A stretch of DNA of 64,000 nt, from the IMG/VR virus record IMGVR_UViG_3300046318_000491, positions 1 through 64,000 of that record. One strand, given 5' to 3'. Under the pieces are notes generated by a model, which was not told where the DNA came from, did no database searches, and saw only the letters and a list, made by a program, of their open reading frames with translations. The DNA comes from a virus. Of the stretch, positions 60,727-64,000 are shown piece after piece (the stretch's first letter is position 1; every line of letters begins with the position of its first letter). Both the position numbers and the translations under genes were made by a program.

Positions 60727-61416
60727 ATGATTGATGAATCAAGAGTAACAATTTACGCTGATCGCATCTTCTATTTCGAGGGGATTTTAGACAACCCGGA
60801 GTATGCGATTAATATGCATCAAGTCATGGATGAGATGCTTAACTCAGATACGGGTGAAGTTTTTCACAAGCTGGTGCCTTGGCAGACCTCTGACGCAGTT
60901 CCTCACGTCTATGGGACAAAGCGTATGACCACACGCGAAAACTTAGAATCTACATCAAATCAAGAAGTTAAAGATTTTTATATAAAAGTAGATTCAATAT
61001 TTGACGAAGCGGGCAGATATTATTTTGAAAAGCTAGGGCTAGACTACCAAAACGGTAAGTTAATGACTGACTATGCAATGTTTCATTACAACACCGGCCA
61101 AGAGATGGGACCTCATGTTGATGACAACTACGAGCCTCTAGTTGATCCAATTTGTACTGGTCTAATTTACCTAAATGACGATAAAGACGGTGGAGACCTT
61201 TGGTTTCCAGAGCAAGACGTTCTAATAAAGGCAGTGCCTGGGAGCATGGTAATTTTTCCATGCGTTAAGCCTTTCTTCCATGCATCTACTAAGTTAAAGC
61301 AAGGTATCAAATACCACATTGGAACTGGATGGAAGCGTCATCGAACCCCCGCGGAGATAGAAGCATTAGGGCCAGACTATGGAGCCGATGCTCACCGTGG
61401 TATGGCAATGGAGTAA
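60727..61416 (+). CDS. Prolyl-4-hydroxylase-like 2OG-Fe(II) oxygenase (array 10/10)
   Basis: HVD...YLNDDKDGGD...HAS...KY. Confidence 0.9.
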   Translation: MIDESRVTIYADRIFYFEGILDNPEYAINMHQVMDEMLNSDTGEVFHKLVPWQTSDAVPHVYGTKRMTTRENLESTSNQEVKDFYIKVDSIFDEAGRYYFEKLGLDYQNGKLMTDYAMFHYNTGQEMGPHVDDNYEPLVDPICTGLIYLNDDKDGGDLWFPEQDVLIKAVPGSMVIFPCVKPFFHASTKLKQGIKYHIGTGWKRHRTPAEIEALGPDYGADAHRGMAME

Positions 61417-61504
61417 TATATCTTATTTACTAAAAAAGCCAAATCAATAAGGCTTGCAGTAGTAGGGTAAAATATAAGGGACCACCTATAATTTAGGGAC
61501 TTCC

Positions 61505-61869
61505 GTGTATTGCGCAACCACAAACGTTTATGACATTATTGTCGACCAAGGTGCTACCTTGTTACGCTCTATTGGCCTAAAAAGCTCGGCTAAACAGGTA
61601 GTCACGCTTACTGGGTATACCGGGGTCATGGAAGTTCGCTCCCAAAAAACAGAATCTACTGAAGTAGTCTTAACGTTGACTACATCAAACGGCGGCCTCG
61701 AGATCAATCCCTCTGCCGGAACCGTTCTTATTATTGCATCTCCTGCTCAGACTGCAGGGCTTACTCCAGGTAAATATGTCTACGATTTAGAGATGACAGA
61801 GACCTCGACGGGGATAGTTACTAAAGTAATTCAGGGCAATCTAACAGTTAGACCAGAGGTCACTAAATA

Positions 61870-61870
<1 letters not shown>
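61505..61870 (+). CDS. Virion structural adaptor protein (paralog of 39493..39855)
   Basis: DQGAT...GYTG.M.VR...LTTSNG...YVYDLEM...G...V.PEVT. Confidence 0.65.

Positions 61871-64000
<2,130 letters not shown>

Noticed and set aside
52730-61416. TET/JBP or AlkB DNA-modification cluster
   Set aside because: The motifs (YLNDDYEGGE, PKAG..FP) are P4H-type and no DNA methylase or hydroxymethylase is adjacent; DNA substrates are not formally excluded.

Overview
The window is a 64 kb segment of a large tailed-phage genome. An actinobacterial host is inferred from WhiB, class Ib nrdHIEF, a DUF3039-like gene, an MSMEG_6728-like glycosylase and pervasive leaderless genes. No terminase, portal, capsid, polymerase or integrase lies in the window. 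The left two-thirds (1-39.4 kb, mostly minus strand) holds a lysis cassette (Pro-rich lectin-like surface protein, small membrane proteins, M23 endolysin), three tRNAs, a tmRNA and nucleotide-metabolism genes (thyX, dut, dNMP kinase, nrdHIEF). It also holds an ADP-ribosyltransferase, NlpC/P60 and subtilisin proteases, and many modification enzymes (glycosyltransferases, methyltransferases, a carbamoyltransferase, 2OG-Fe(II) oxygenases). The right third (39.5-64 kb, plus strand) is a virion fibre/structural region. The standout feature sits inside it. One gene (51267-52628) encodes two FN3 domains, a 74-aa tract made only of Pro/Tyr/Phe (20 PPYF/PPFF/PYF/PFF units) and a C-terminal Hint (intein-like) domain. 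It is followed directly by ten prolyl-hydroxylase-like 2OG-Fe(II) oxygenases and two DUF6065-like genes, then a collagen-like fibre gene. This looks like a substrate-plus-tailoring-enzyme system for post-translational modification of a virion protein, which is an inference. A second notable element is an RNA cluster (tmRNA, structured spacer, tRNA-Thr, and a 74-nt tRNA-like RNA lacking a D-stem) bracketed by two paralogous JmjC-like genes. All family names come from motif recognition by eye; no database search was run.
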